From: Phoronis australis
Taxonomy: Eukaryota > Animalia > Phoronida
Direction of reading: 5' to 3'
NCBI GenBank assembly: GCA_002633005.1
Contig: NMRA01000444.1
Location: forward strand, 223,456-287,455
DNA: 64,000 nt
Part shown: piece after piece, positions 1 through 31,527 of the stretch
Numbering within the stretch: the first letter of the stretch is position 1
Layout: each line of letters begins with the position of its first letter
Program-made: the position numbers and the translations under genes
The notes under the pieces: model-generated
What the model was told of the DNA's origin: nothing
Databases searched by the model: none
The model's input: the letters and a program-made list of their open reading frames with translations, nothing else

Positions 1-600
1 ATAAGTAATCAGTTTTCAATTTTGTTTTTGAAAAATGTCATTGATCAAAAAGGAGCTCATGATACGGTAAATTAATGTGAGTAAAGAAAACTTTGAAGAC
101 ACAGTAGGCCTAACAGTCCGGCGTATATCCACGCCGGAGAAAAACTCGCCTGGTCTCTAGCTACAGCAGTACAGATCTCGGACTGCTATTATGTTTATAA
201 CTTAGAAAGCGTCAACTTACCCACACCCTCATTATCACTACTAGTGACTAAACATTGGAACTTTAATTTGTACCCAGCCTATAGTATTCTGCATGTACAC
301 GGTATAAATGAACTTTTTTAACTTAAAGACTTTTCGTTAGAATATAGGCCTACAAAAAACACAAAAAACAGTGTGTGAGATGACATCGACTTTTTCTACA
401 TCCAGTACCCGGTATTTATGATTTTACAAAATAATAAGTTGATGTGAAGGTGGTGTATGAATACAAAACTTGTAATGATTTTCTGAACCGGCGGCTTTGG
501 TGATCATGAGTCACTGACTTGGCAAGCTTTTAGTTTCATTCATATTCTTTCCAGAACGTCATGATATTTTCGTAATAGTGGATATAATAGCTTTACAGCT

Positions 601-602
601 AT

Positions 603-633
<31 letters not shown>
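601..633. repeat. (TA)n microsatellite
   Basis: Directly visible TA run. Confidence 0.9.
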
Positions 634-637
<4 letters not shown>

Positions 638-3600
638 ACTATTTCAGTTGCGCAATTACATCCCTGTGTAAGTTGGTTATCAGTGCAGACGTCACTGGTG
701 TCGTCCATGAACTCCATAGAACAAGACACAACATAATGGCAGACTTTAATAAAGTTGGCAACAGTTGTCAAGAGAATTTTATACATTATTAACCTAAATA
801 AGCAATCTTGTTCATTCATTATTTATAGTTTTTCATTTGAATGTGTAAACTTAAAATGGTCACTACATTGAATTTAACGGCCAAAGTAAACTAATTCTCC
901 ATTTTCGTATAAGTATTAAAAGAAACACTCTGAACAAGCTTACTGTACACTTTATATGCATCCCAAAATGAGACTGAAGCTAACCAAGGTGACCTTACAG
1001 CTTAGAAATACGCTGTTGTCGCAATTTTATAAACTAGTTCTTTTGTCATGGTAGAGTGCAACCTCTAAATCCATTTGACATAATCAGGGCGCTTCATTGC
1101 AACCATCATCATATTGTGTTCGATCCCAGACTATGTTTTGGCTATACTTGTTCAGTCAAACGTTCCACAAATGCTTGGTTAACAACATTGAAGTGAACTG
1201 GTCAAATACGCAGTTGAGTCACTTAGTATGGCCCTAATTGTGTATTGCTTCAGTTCCTAGAATCCCATGTACGGTAGTCTGTACCCTGCATGTCTCTTTA
1301 GTAGTTTATTTGTTCTGATAGTGTGGGTTTAATTGTTACCTACAAGTACATCAGCTAGTGACTGAGACTGATTCATATGTGACAGTGGAGAAAAAACCAG
1401 GAGAAATAGATTAGGGAACTTCAGTCCCAAGACAGCACCAAAATATCCCTCCAGCACGTTAAAGCTCCGTCATTAATAGAAGAGAAAATAGCTATGCATG
1501 TACTCAGGGTACCTATAAATAAATGCTCTTCAATTAAGTTTACTAAACATTAACTGAGTGTGCAATCACTAATTGATAATTCATTTGTGTTTTGTTATTG
1601 CCTGTTCTAAATCACCCAGCGTATTTGATTTATTTTATGTAGTTAATGGATTGAAAACAACACAAAAAGTAAATATAGCTCAGTTTGCCTACTGGTACCT
1701 GAAACTTAATTCTTTCTCAAGGAGATCTTATCACGCACAGAGAAGAGGATCAGATGATGGCAAAAAAGTAACGCAAAATGAGGTCCACGCTATGACGACG
1801 AGAAATGGTGGCAAACTCCCAAAGAATTATATCCTCTCTCACAAAGTTTTGATCAGCTATAAAATCGTACTTTTGTTTGATTCTCAGTCACATAACAAAT
1901 CAAAGTATGCCCTGGCCTTAAAAGTGACAATCCCAGGTGGTCATCTGGTTGTTTCCTACTTTTTTATTTTAGATTCTGTTGCAGGGAACACACCTAAAAT
2001 TTGAAAAGCAACATTTCTCTGCAAACAATTTGGCTATGGCAAAATGTTCATTTCACTAATAACATTCAGTTAACTGAACGGACTAAACAGAAAGGAAAGG
2101 TCAAAATTCCAACTAAACACTTTATCAACTTATGAATAATGAGAACAAAAAAATTAATAATTTACAGGCGACATTAAAAATCTTGTTGTTGAAGAAAAAG
2201 AAGAATACTCCACTCTGTATGAAACGTGAACAAATTAATCGGTTATCCAAGCGTAAAAATAAGTTCCTCGGTTATTCGGACGTAAAGTCATCTATATAGG
2301 CCAGATTCTGCATTTTCATCAAACTTGTGCAGTACTGCAATATTGTAATTGTGTCATAATTGTTTGGGTTTGTTTTGGTCTATTGGTCTGCCTGTCATCG
2401 CTCAAAAATCGCTCGGATCCAGTGTTGGTGCTAGCCATGACATGGTTTTCAAATTGTCAATGAATAATTGTTCATTTTGGATTTACTTTTACGTTAGCAC
2501 AACAAAAGATTTCAGCTCGAACGAGCCCCCCCCCCCTCCATTTGGCGAAGTGGTCAAAAAGGTCCGCCTCTGAGAAACAAAAAATCCGAGAAAATGAGAC
2601 AAAAGTCCACTAAACAAGCACAAACGCGCAATTCACAGAGGTGCCCCGACCCGCTTTTTTTAGTCCCCGCCTTTTTGTTACCAAAATGTGACGTTAGCTC
2701 ACCACATGCAAATTCTAACACTATATTGTTACCATATACTTTTATTGAATAAATAAAATATCAACAAATAAAATTTGTGATCTTAAATGACCTTTTAAGT
2801 AAGAATTGCCCTTCTAGGTCAATCCACTGCTAATATATGGGTCAACGACAGTCTAGAGCACATGGCACTATGAAGACTTTCAGTCTGGCCATGTAGATTA
2901 GCTGCAACAAAGAACAGTATATGTCAAAAATTCAAGAGTCTAATCATAAATAACGATAAATAACTGACAGCAACAAAGACTCATAGCGTAACATATGATG
3001 TTGGCTCTTATATAAAAATAAAAGTTCCATGTAACAGAACAGTCATAAAGTTTTCAAGGTGATCAACCCTGACACAAACAAATATTTGGTTCATGCCAAC
3101 TGGACTACACAACAAATCTATTTCGTTTTTCCTATATGAAAACATCTGGTTATTTAGAAACAATATACATTTCTAGTTTGGAATAGACCTTACCACAGCA
3201 TTTTGAGAAGTCGTATGTTTTAGCCATGTGTTTAAAAAATGATTACAAGTGACTATGGTCAGATATAATGTGCCCACATTTTGAGAACCATTTTTTTCCA
3301 CAGAAAATCAGGCATAAAACTGGTTCTCAAAATGTGTGCAGTTAAATCCAAGTATTGTCCAATGACTGGAATTGTTTTATTAAACGGAATGCTAACATTA
3401 CGGTGCGTGAAAGCAAAGAATACAAAAACAGCATAAAATGAACAAGAAACCAGAAGCCACCATGTGACCTTCTGATTTTAATACTTTTAAACATTTCACA
3501 GCATGACTTATTGCAGATTAAATTGCTAGGTTGTAAAGACTTCCAACTGCACAAAACAATATTGCCTCACTGATGCCTCACGGGATGCTGGGGGATAAAA

Positions 3601-5116
3601 TACTTATACAAGCACTACATGTCTTCAGATTCCAACAAGCCACAATCTGGTTGCACAACTGTAGAACCTAAGCATGACTGTTAGGACTATTATGACAAGA
3701 TAATAGACATACACATACATACATAAATACATACACAATTTGCAAGGAATAAGTTGGCTCTGACAACAGCTTGAATATCCACCACATTGAATGTGGACAC
3801 TGAACTTCCAAAACTCATTTAGATAAGTGAAGATAACTCCAAAACAGAAAAAATTAATATGAGTTTTGAAACTAAAATTAAGCATGTCACAATGAATTTA
3901 AGAAGCAATGAGCAGATATTTCACAAAGTCGTGAGAAACGCCCGACAAGAATTTGATGAGGCGCAAAATACATGAAATTAATTACAGGGCAGTATAAAAT
4001 GATGATTTAAATGCAAACACATAGCCTTGCAACATATGATGTTCAGATAGCATTATGCACACCCTTGTCATTGACAAGAGCAACTGTTTACTAAACAAAT
4101 CTCTCATTACCTCAATACAAAAAATAAAAATTAAATAACATAACTATCATTTTTGCACACTGTCTTCTGCTACTGACATTTGGCACTTTACAACTTTTAT
4201 GCAGTCGCAAATAAGCAACAGATTGGTGTGATGTCACAAGTATAATATATTATGTAAACACAGATAAGCAACAGATTGGCATGATGTCACGAGTATATGA
4301 TATATAATCACTTCTCCTGTTTTGAGTTCAATATCATACGTTATATCTGGTAGTGACATCTTTTATCCCTTAACTCTTTCACTACCAAGTTTTCTTAGAA
4401 TTGCATCTTCCAGAGCCAAATAAACTTTGACAAAATGTAGAACATCAGGTACAATCACTAAAAATTCTCTAAAATTATTATTAGCTTTCGGATTGTTATG
4501 AAGCTTTCATGGCAAGACGCACAAAAAAATTCATATTATGACATCATGCATATATGAAGATATTCACTACGTATTTTATTCAAGATTCCAGATGAAAAAC
4601 ATACTTATAAACAGCCAATGAATGGTTTTGGATAAAATAGCTACCCCACTAGTCACGATACGTACCAAAAACGCCTCGTCTCACACCTGACATTTCAAAC
4701 TTGAATCATGAACCATAATCATTTTGAATCTTAATATTCGAGTCCGATAAACTTTGATGATGAATAGTTTAGAAGGAATTACATCAAATGTAATTCGACA
4801 GAAATTCAAGATTATCTAGGTCATGAACGGGCAAGAACCCAACTTGCCAATAGACAGGTTTGGCAGTGAATGGGTAACTCGATGAAAGGCATGCTTGGCA
4901 GTGAAAACGTCAAAGGAATTGGGAGGAAAATATGTGGTCACGTTTCTTTCAGAAGTTCTAGGAAGAGCACACGGCATTTTCATAGAAGAAACCCTAATTG
5001 TTGAAAGTTTAAGGCATAATCCAAGACTCTCGTCTGCTATCCAAGTTTACCACATTAAGGGTCTGTTACCCCAGTAATATAGCCAGGTGAGCATGCCAAA
5101 CAACTACACTCAGGAA

Positions 5117-23961
<18,845 letters not shown>

Positions 23962-26900
23962 TCTGTTCCTGGTCCAGCTTCCGTATCTCTAACAATGGAG
24001 AACGTTTCTGAAAAAGGTCGCCATCTATTGTCAACGCGACTTCTAACGAGGAGTTATCAAAAAACACATTGTGACTGTTTTGTGTGGCGAAAATTTTGTG
24101 AAGCTTTTAAAAGAACCACTCAAATTTTCGGACTTTCTTTATTCATTATGTCGTCAAACCATCCGCGAGGCACCTGCCCGGCCGCTTGCATGGTCGGGGA
24201 GTGGGAGCCCTACCAATAAGCTATATACATAGTTATATTTATCTCATTGAGCCCTACGATATCAGTCAGGAAATGCGGTGGCTCGCAGTGTTATACCTGC
24301 AGTCAAAGAGTTGAGTTTCTTGGTCCTGCCACTGAGCTATGGGTTTTTTTGGTTCGGCCATGGGGTTTAATTGTGCACTGCCACCATAGCTTAAGCCGGA
24401 TCGACTATGCGTTGTTTCCACCTCAGTCTTAATGACTGAGACCATATAAGATCAAATAAAAAAATAATTATCCAACAGCATATGATGGTGCTGTTTCTTA
24501 ATTGTACTTAAGTACATATTTGGTATTAATGAAAATCATATGTGTTTTTACTTGTACTGAAAAACAACATCTGCCGATCCCCGTACTTACCCACAAGCCA
24601 TCGAAATCAGTACATCCAAGTAAATAATGTATTCTTTGTTGAAATATATACTGCTTTAAAAACTCGTTTCTTGATATGTATTCCAAAATCAGATATTTTC
24701 TGTTGTATCAAAACGAACAAATCCCGGCCGGCAAAATCTGTTCATATGTCGAAGTGACATTGGAAATTCAGATTTTTTTTACTGCTTGCTTACGAAGTCT
24801 TTGTTTTGTGACTCAAAATTTGGGCAAAAAAGTAAAGTGCATAGGCCCTAGTAACCAAAATATCAAACCTGCACGACTGAATTGCACACCAGACCTATAT
24901 CCAAAATACAGAATTTCTCACTCGAAACCGAGTGGAAATATGCTCAACCGAGTCGGTCAGTGTAGCATTAAATAATGACCCTGTGAAAAAATGACCCCGG
25001 TTAGTTTTTTCACAGGGTCTAAATTTAACGTGAATAATTTTCAACCCATGAAAAATATGACCTCACGTCCGTGAAAACCTGTCCCATCATTATTCAACGG
25101 TTCCCCCGCAACAGGGGGTTGGGCTAAGCAGACTGACATAATACTCGCAATTGGCGATCTTTCAACGTTCGATACGCGGATGTTTAGGTCGGGAGTGATC
25201 TGAGTGGCGCGCGGCAAGGGAAATCTTCATTGCTTTTTCAGTATATGCCGCAATTAGGGAAAGAAAGTACCGTTGAACGGTGTGCAGACCAGGAATATGA
25301 CGTGCAGAAGCTGGGTTGAAGCGAAAGCGATCACTATTTTTCGAACACTCTTTAATTCGTTCAGTTGCCCAAATCGGTAACTGCTGGTGCCAGGATATAA
25401 TATCTGACTAGCTGCATGAAGACTGAATCCAAAATACAAGGCTTCGTGTTCAGAATCTTGTGATGGCAGCCAAGTTTTCTTACTATCAAAGTCAAATTTG
25501 AACTGAAACCGTGAGAAGGCCAAGCGTGCATGACAGAAGAATTTATTTCAAATTTCTCGGCTGAGGGACGCGCAGTACGTATATCACATTAAGAACGGGT
25601 AGGGAAAGGAACGGTTCTAAATAGTGTGTGGGAGCGGGGCTGATCTCTTTGTGAGCAAATAAATACACGGTGTGGGGATACTACAAAAAACGTCAACATT
25701 AAGGGCCTGGTGGTTGATCGGGGGGGGGGGGGGGNGGGGGGGGGGGTGGTGTGGACTTCAGATCTGTGAGAGAGGAAGACCGTGCGTGAGAGAAGAATAT
25801 TTGTACGTTGGCAATCCCGAGCGATGCACGATAAAGTAACTGAGTGTGTTCTTTGCTTTTTTCATTACGGCGTTCCCTCGTTGAGTCTAAGTGGTTAGGT
25901 AATATAACACAAAAGCTGAGAGGATGAGTGCTGTAGCCCGCAATATCTTACACGAATGATTAACTCCATACTGGCAAGATGGTTGGAGGACCAGCTCTTT
26001 TTTGTTCGATAATTGCTCTAAGCTCCGATAAGATCGTATCTGGCCTGACTGGGCTGTGCTGTTATAAATGATTTAAGTTATAAAATGTTTGAACATAAAT
26101 CAGTAACATTTCTGAATTTCCCATTATGCTTGTAGTTTTTGAATCACCAAAATGAACCAACTACAACCGAAGTTACTTAAGACAATCTATTCTGTACGAA
26201 TGCACCAATGCACTGGGTTTGACTGTGTTCAATGTGATCGCGGTAATAAGCCTGGTAGATAATTGGTCTGCATGGTGTTATACGACTATGCTCGGCAGTT
26301 AACAAAGCTAGATGTTATCACACGCTTACAACCGCTTTATATGACCCATTGGGGTCGTTTTCACAATAGTTCACCTTGAAGTTAGACTCCGCCGTTAAAA
26401 GTTACCCGGGGTCATTTTCAATACTGAAAGGGCGTATTGGGGCACCACGGAAGTACTACCACACAGCGGCTCCTCTCCTGGATATGATGTATTTGCTTCG
26501 AACGACAAGAATTAAATGATAAATTTTCTCTTGAAAAAAAAGGAAAAAAATAAATCGCTCGCAGTAGATTGACAAGCATGCAGCCCCAACAGGACACTCG
26601 AGAATCTGATACTGTTTGCGATCTTCTATTAGATCGATATTTTCACAATCGATTGGTTGACTCTTAAGAAACGCATGTAAGTGCTGCATCGCATGTTTCT
26701 TTTAAGACTATGAAAAAACTCACACTCTCCCGCCTCTCTATGTGTTAAAAATTGCGCTTTGAACAGGTCAATTCGCCCCGTTTGTTTACTCGGCGATTAA
26801 CCGTGTCAGGTCGGGACTAGAAACACTCACCAATATGGCGTCAAGTTGTCAGCTGAAGTAGCGCGTGCGCCTATGTCTATGATGAGGACCTTGATACTGG

Positions 26901-28224
26901 TAGTTGCTTTTACCAGGAAGAGATAACCTCTTCCTGCTTTTACTTAGATTCACGGGGCACGGCCAAAGCTATGAATTGTGCATTTGTCGAATTTTGGTAC
27001 TTCTTGCCTTTTAATTTAGTAAACTTTTGTCTCGTTTTCTACTTTTTCGGTCCGCTGAGGCAGATCTTCTTATCGTTTGCCCACTTCGCCAGGGGGGGGG
27101 GGCTCGAATGCGTGCGTGTAAACTTGGTCTTTGTATGCCATCAGTGCGCAGTGAGCCGTCGTAGTGCCCTTATATACCTGGAAACGCCAGATCCACTAGT
27201 CAGCTAATTTTCGTTATCGCTCTCTAGAGTCGACGGCCGGGTTCAAAAGAGGCCAAAGGCCCGGTTTCTCACGTGACACATAATCGTGCGCACACCAGTT
27301 GAAAGCAACGAATCACTAGACTCTGGATTTCCTAAGACGTGAGTCACTCGAAGTGCAAGGAGTTTACGGTATAAAGCTATGACCCTACCCACTTTAGAAT
27401 ATGCTTCAAATATATTGTACCCTAGTATGTGAACAAAGTGACGTAGGAGAACTGCTCGTTGGGGTCACCGACAGAGCGAATTTTGCACGCCAATTGCTCT
27501 CAGGGTCAGAAATTCTGTTAGTCAGAGCATTCAACAACACGCGCCACTAAGGTGGCTGAGAGACAGGCACAGGTTGAGCGTGCTGGAGGCGGCCTGGAAT
27601 TAAGCGAAGGGAAAGGGTGTGTGAACTTCTGGAAACTTGAGGCAACTGGAAAGCCAGAGGCAAAAATGGGCCTGAGGTTGTGGCAGAGGTTGAGTGAAAC
27701 AGTTCCAAAGTTAGTAAGCTATATGTTCTTTGACTCGGCAGCCAAGTGTGAACTATGCAATTACTGGTCGCCATTTATGTTCATAACTGTAAGCCAAGTT
27801 TGATACACATGCAAAAAAACTGCACATTAGCCTCGGCTCAATGATTCATTAGAAATAACCCCGACTCATTTTCAATCAATACAATAATGGCTCAAAAGAG
27901 GGGCTTGTAAAACTGCAAGACGGGGTCGTCAGAAAAAAAAAATGCGTAGGCCTACGCGAGATACGAAGTACATCTCGCGAGAACAGGCTTGCGCGACTGA
28001 AGCTGAGTTCTATCGGACCAGGGAACGTCTGTGACGGGACTGGTCTACCCCCAGAACTCGCCACCAGATCCAATACGGCTCATGACAGTGAGCCTAATTA
28101 GCAAGTTTACAACGTTGGAGTCGGACTTCACACAAATTTTATTTGATTTCTACTGACGATACAATGTCTGTCATCACAACTGGACGGCCAAAACAGTTTT
28201 CAATTTTTATTGACCTTTTTAAAA

Positions 28225-29394
28225 TTAATCATCAGCCTCGCATTCTTGCTCCAGGATGGCGTCTGCTTCGGGATTTGTGACAAAGGCTCTTCGACTTTCG
28301 CGTTCAGCAGTGAACTGGAATGACAGAATAACATGAAAAGAGAATGGCGCGCGCATTTCGGCCAAGTGCAATAAGACTATTGATAGACCTTCCCAAGTTA
28401 TTACTAAAAGTGCATTTTGCCTTATTTAGCTGAAAACAAAAATCGAATTAGTTTTTTTATTTGCATAAAATTGGTCTCATAATATATTTCTTACCTTAGT
28501 AAGTTGCTATTTCCTTTCATTAGCGACAAGATCACCAAAATTAGCATCGACTCAAGAAAACGCTTCAGAGTTTTAGAGTTTGGTAATCTTAAAATTGCGA
28601 ATTGGAAAATTATTGGCGCATGTGCTTGTGACTTGAACGCTTGAGCAGCGAAATCTGGTCTGCACAGAAAGTCAGTAGAATGCAAATATTTCTCTCATGC
28701 TTTAGCTTATTGCGATTTTCAGGAAATATTCTTTTTGGTTGTAAACTTGGGTGTTATCAGTCTTAGATGTTTCGATTACCGACCGCGTCGTTGACGCTGA
28801 CCGCTGGATTCACTACTGATCGACTAACACCGACACATATGTAGCAGTTATGGCTTGTTCAGAAGTCATATACATGCACCTTTTGTATGCAGAAACCGAG
28901 TTTTCTTCATTCGGGCTATAAGACGAGTATTTTCTGAACCTGTGCACGCGCCCAGTGCGAATGCAACACAAATACGCCATGTTCAGTTCGAGTTGGCTCA
29001 CAAGTGAATTCCATCAGGAACTTACCTTTGAAAACGGAAAGTCTTCCACAGAGCCAGGCTTTCGTGGAAATAGGGCATTGGCCGATGCTGCACCGGCTTT
29101 CAATGAACCTTCAGAAAGGTTACTGTCCGGTTGCAAAATAGACGAACTTATGGCTTTGTACGTTGGGTTTACCCACAAAGACTGGTGGGCGTACCTACGT
29201 GGATTTTCGATAACAATAGCATTAGCTGGTAATGCAGGCAAGGAAAGAGAAAATGAGCGTTGTTTATCAGTTCTTTTCATCAGTGATGACCTCTGCGCTA
29301 GTCTTGCCAATTCGGCGTCATCCTCTGACGTGAACCTGGAGGATTTGTTAGCGTTTCTGGCAATGCGGTTTACACTGGAGCAGGAGTTTCCCAT
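28225..29394 (-). CDS. Putative orphan ~152-aa protein with N-myristoylation/palmitoylation motif (MGNSCSS), 2 exons
   Basis: Exon 29026-29394 (ATG to AAG|GTAAGT, phase 0) joins exon 28225-28314 (tattctgtcattccag| FTAERESRRAFVTNPEADAILEQECEADD*). AATAAA lies about 14 nt after the stop (~28206-28211). No recognisable domain; internal exons are possible. Confidence 0.55.
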
Positions 29395-29985
29395 TGTCGT
29401 ATGCGGTGTTTTTCAAAACCATCATGCAGGAAGCATCGTGCGGCAGATAATGGGAAACGTAATAATGACATGAAAAATTGAGTTGTCGCAGTTCCAGCAT
29501 AACGTAATAATGACACTGGAATTTTTCATCTTATTTCCAGCACTCATTCGCTTTTAAAGTGTTTCCGTTTTTCAAAGGAACATTTCACCGCTGTTAAGCT
29601 GTCGTATTGAGCTGAACGCTTCCTTGTGATTAAAAACATTCCCCAATTGCTCATCCTATCTTGCCGAATGAGCCAGCACAACGGCAAGCAATATGTACGC
29701 CTACACGTGCATCATTTTCGTATACACAATTTTAGAGCTGGTTAATATCGAAATGTCGAGAGTTTTTAGTTTTTGGAGTCATCATTTCGATGTTGTTGTT
29801 GGTAACGGAAATTGAATCATATCACGGTAAGAAGTATTCGAAAAAACGATTTTCAGGGTTATTGACTAATTCGATTTTCTTGTTTTAGCCAGCTAAAGAG
29901 GACCGGGAAATGTTGCTTAAAGTTTTTTCATTAGCTCGTATTAGCTCGTCGGCCCCCCCAGCAGTTGGAACGTTATGTTATAGAT

Positions 29986-31527
29986 AACAAGAGCAACGCT
30001 GAGCGTTGAAATGCGCCCACGAATGCACAGCAAATGGTGCGCTCAGGATTGTTTATTTGTATCATAAAAATGGCGACTGGATGGTGCAAAAACCTACAAT
30101 CCATCCGAAAACGGGAACATGTCATTGCTTCTTTAATAGAATGCTATTTATGTTCAAAGTATGTTCCGAAAATAATAGGTACGTCGCAAGTTCCGTTTCC
30201 AGAGATAAAAAGGAGAATTCACCACGTTTCATAGAAAACTGTCACAGAACTTCAGAGAAACAAAGGAAAACAGAATATAATGAAATTGCCATTAGGGGAC
30301 ACAGTTGTCATCGTCTGTTGTCAGCTTCATATAAATACATTTACTAAATTTAATAAAGATCCTGCAGTGGATTTAGGACGATACAGCTATGGGAGCAAAA
30401 CCAAACAAAACAAAACTACTACTAGGAGGCGTCACAGTAGTCAAAGTCGTCATCGTCAACTCAGTATCTTCAAACTGAGAACATATTGCCACTAGGGGGC
30501 ACACCAGTAGACAGATCCGTCCGAAAGTCGTCGTCTTCCGTTTGTCAACATAAAAAAATAAATTTAGTAAAGATCCCGCAAACAGTTTAGCAGATACAGC
30601 CATGGGCGCAAAAAACGAAACTACCACTAGGAGGCGCCACAGTAGTCAAAGTCGTCGGAAAATCATCGCCAGCCATCCAATTCCTAGTAAAAACATACAT
30701 GCCAATTTTCACAATTACCCTGAAAGCGGTTTGGTTGATAGAGGGTGGTCGCTAAAAAGTAGACTCGAAAACAGTAAAAATGGCCACTAAGTGGCGCAAA
30801 CTAGGTCGAATTCATCTGAAAACGAGAAAATAGCGTCACCTCACTAATAGATGCCTGTATGTCAAATTTTATGGAAATATGTTGAGGACCTTTGAAGATA
30901 CAGGGGTAAACGTGAAGAAATATAAAATTGCCACCAGGTGTCAAACCAGTAGTCAGATCTGTCCGAAAGTCGTCGTCGTCCGTTGTCAACATCATATAAA
31001 TACATTTACTAAATTTAGTAAAGACTGCAAACGGTTTTGGAGATACAGCCATGGGCGCAAAAACAAACAGCCACTAGGAGGCGCCACAGTAGTCGAAGTC
31101 TTCGGAAAATTATCGTCAGCCGTTCTCTTAATAGAAATAACATGCATGCCAATTTTCACAATCATCCTTTGAGCAATTTGGTTGATGGAGGAGTGGACGC
31201 CAAAAACATACTCGAAAACAGTAAAAAATGGCCACTAGGTGGCGCAAACTACATCGAATCCATCCGAAAACCGGAGGATAGCGTCATCTCACTGAATAGC
31301 TGCCAATATACTAAATTTTTTGATACTAAGGACCTTTGAAGATACAGAGGTAAACGTAAAACTAAAATTGCCACGAGTTGGCACAGCTATACTAGGACCC
31401 GTCCGAAAGTTCGCTCGGCCATCCATGAAACGGGAACACACGTGCAAAGTTTCATGATACGCCAAGGGGTTTTGGAGATAGAGCAGTGGACGGACGGACG
31501 GACGAGGACGACGGCGGCGCATAAAAA
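29986..31527 (-). mobile_element. Helentron-associated (HINE/DINE-1-like) element with central tandem repeats
   Basis: Minus-strand order: T-run, subTIR ATGCGCC, (GTCC)n microsatellite (~31489-31505), ~445-bp tandem units, subTIR GGCGCAT, stem-loop CAACGCT-n-AGCGTTG (29994-30008), terminal CTTGTT. This is the canonical DINE-1/HINE layout. Confidence 0.8.

Noticed and set aside
1573-2004. 143-aa plus-strand ORF
   Set aside because: Non-ATG start, no recognisable domain or splice context; likely a chance ORF.
26879-27058. C/D-box snoRNA (ATGATGA ... CTGA)
   Set aside because: There is no terminal stem, the D-box candidate lies inside a MITE copy, and no rRNA antisense element was recognised.
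28495-28660. Additional internal exon(s) of the orphan gene (donor at 28494, acceptors near 28660 and 28940)
   Set aside because: Phases are incompatible with the phase-0 flanking exons or introduce stops; they cannot be supported without RNA data.
28955-29473. 172-aa plus-strand ORF
   Set aside because: It is the antisense shadow of the MGNSCSS exon, starts at a non-ATG codon, and splice and poly(A) signals favour the minus strand.
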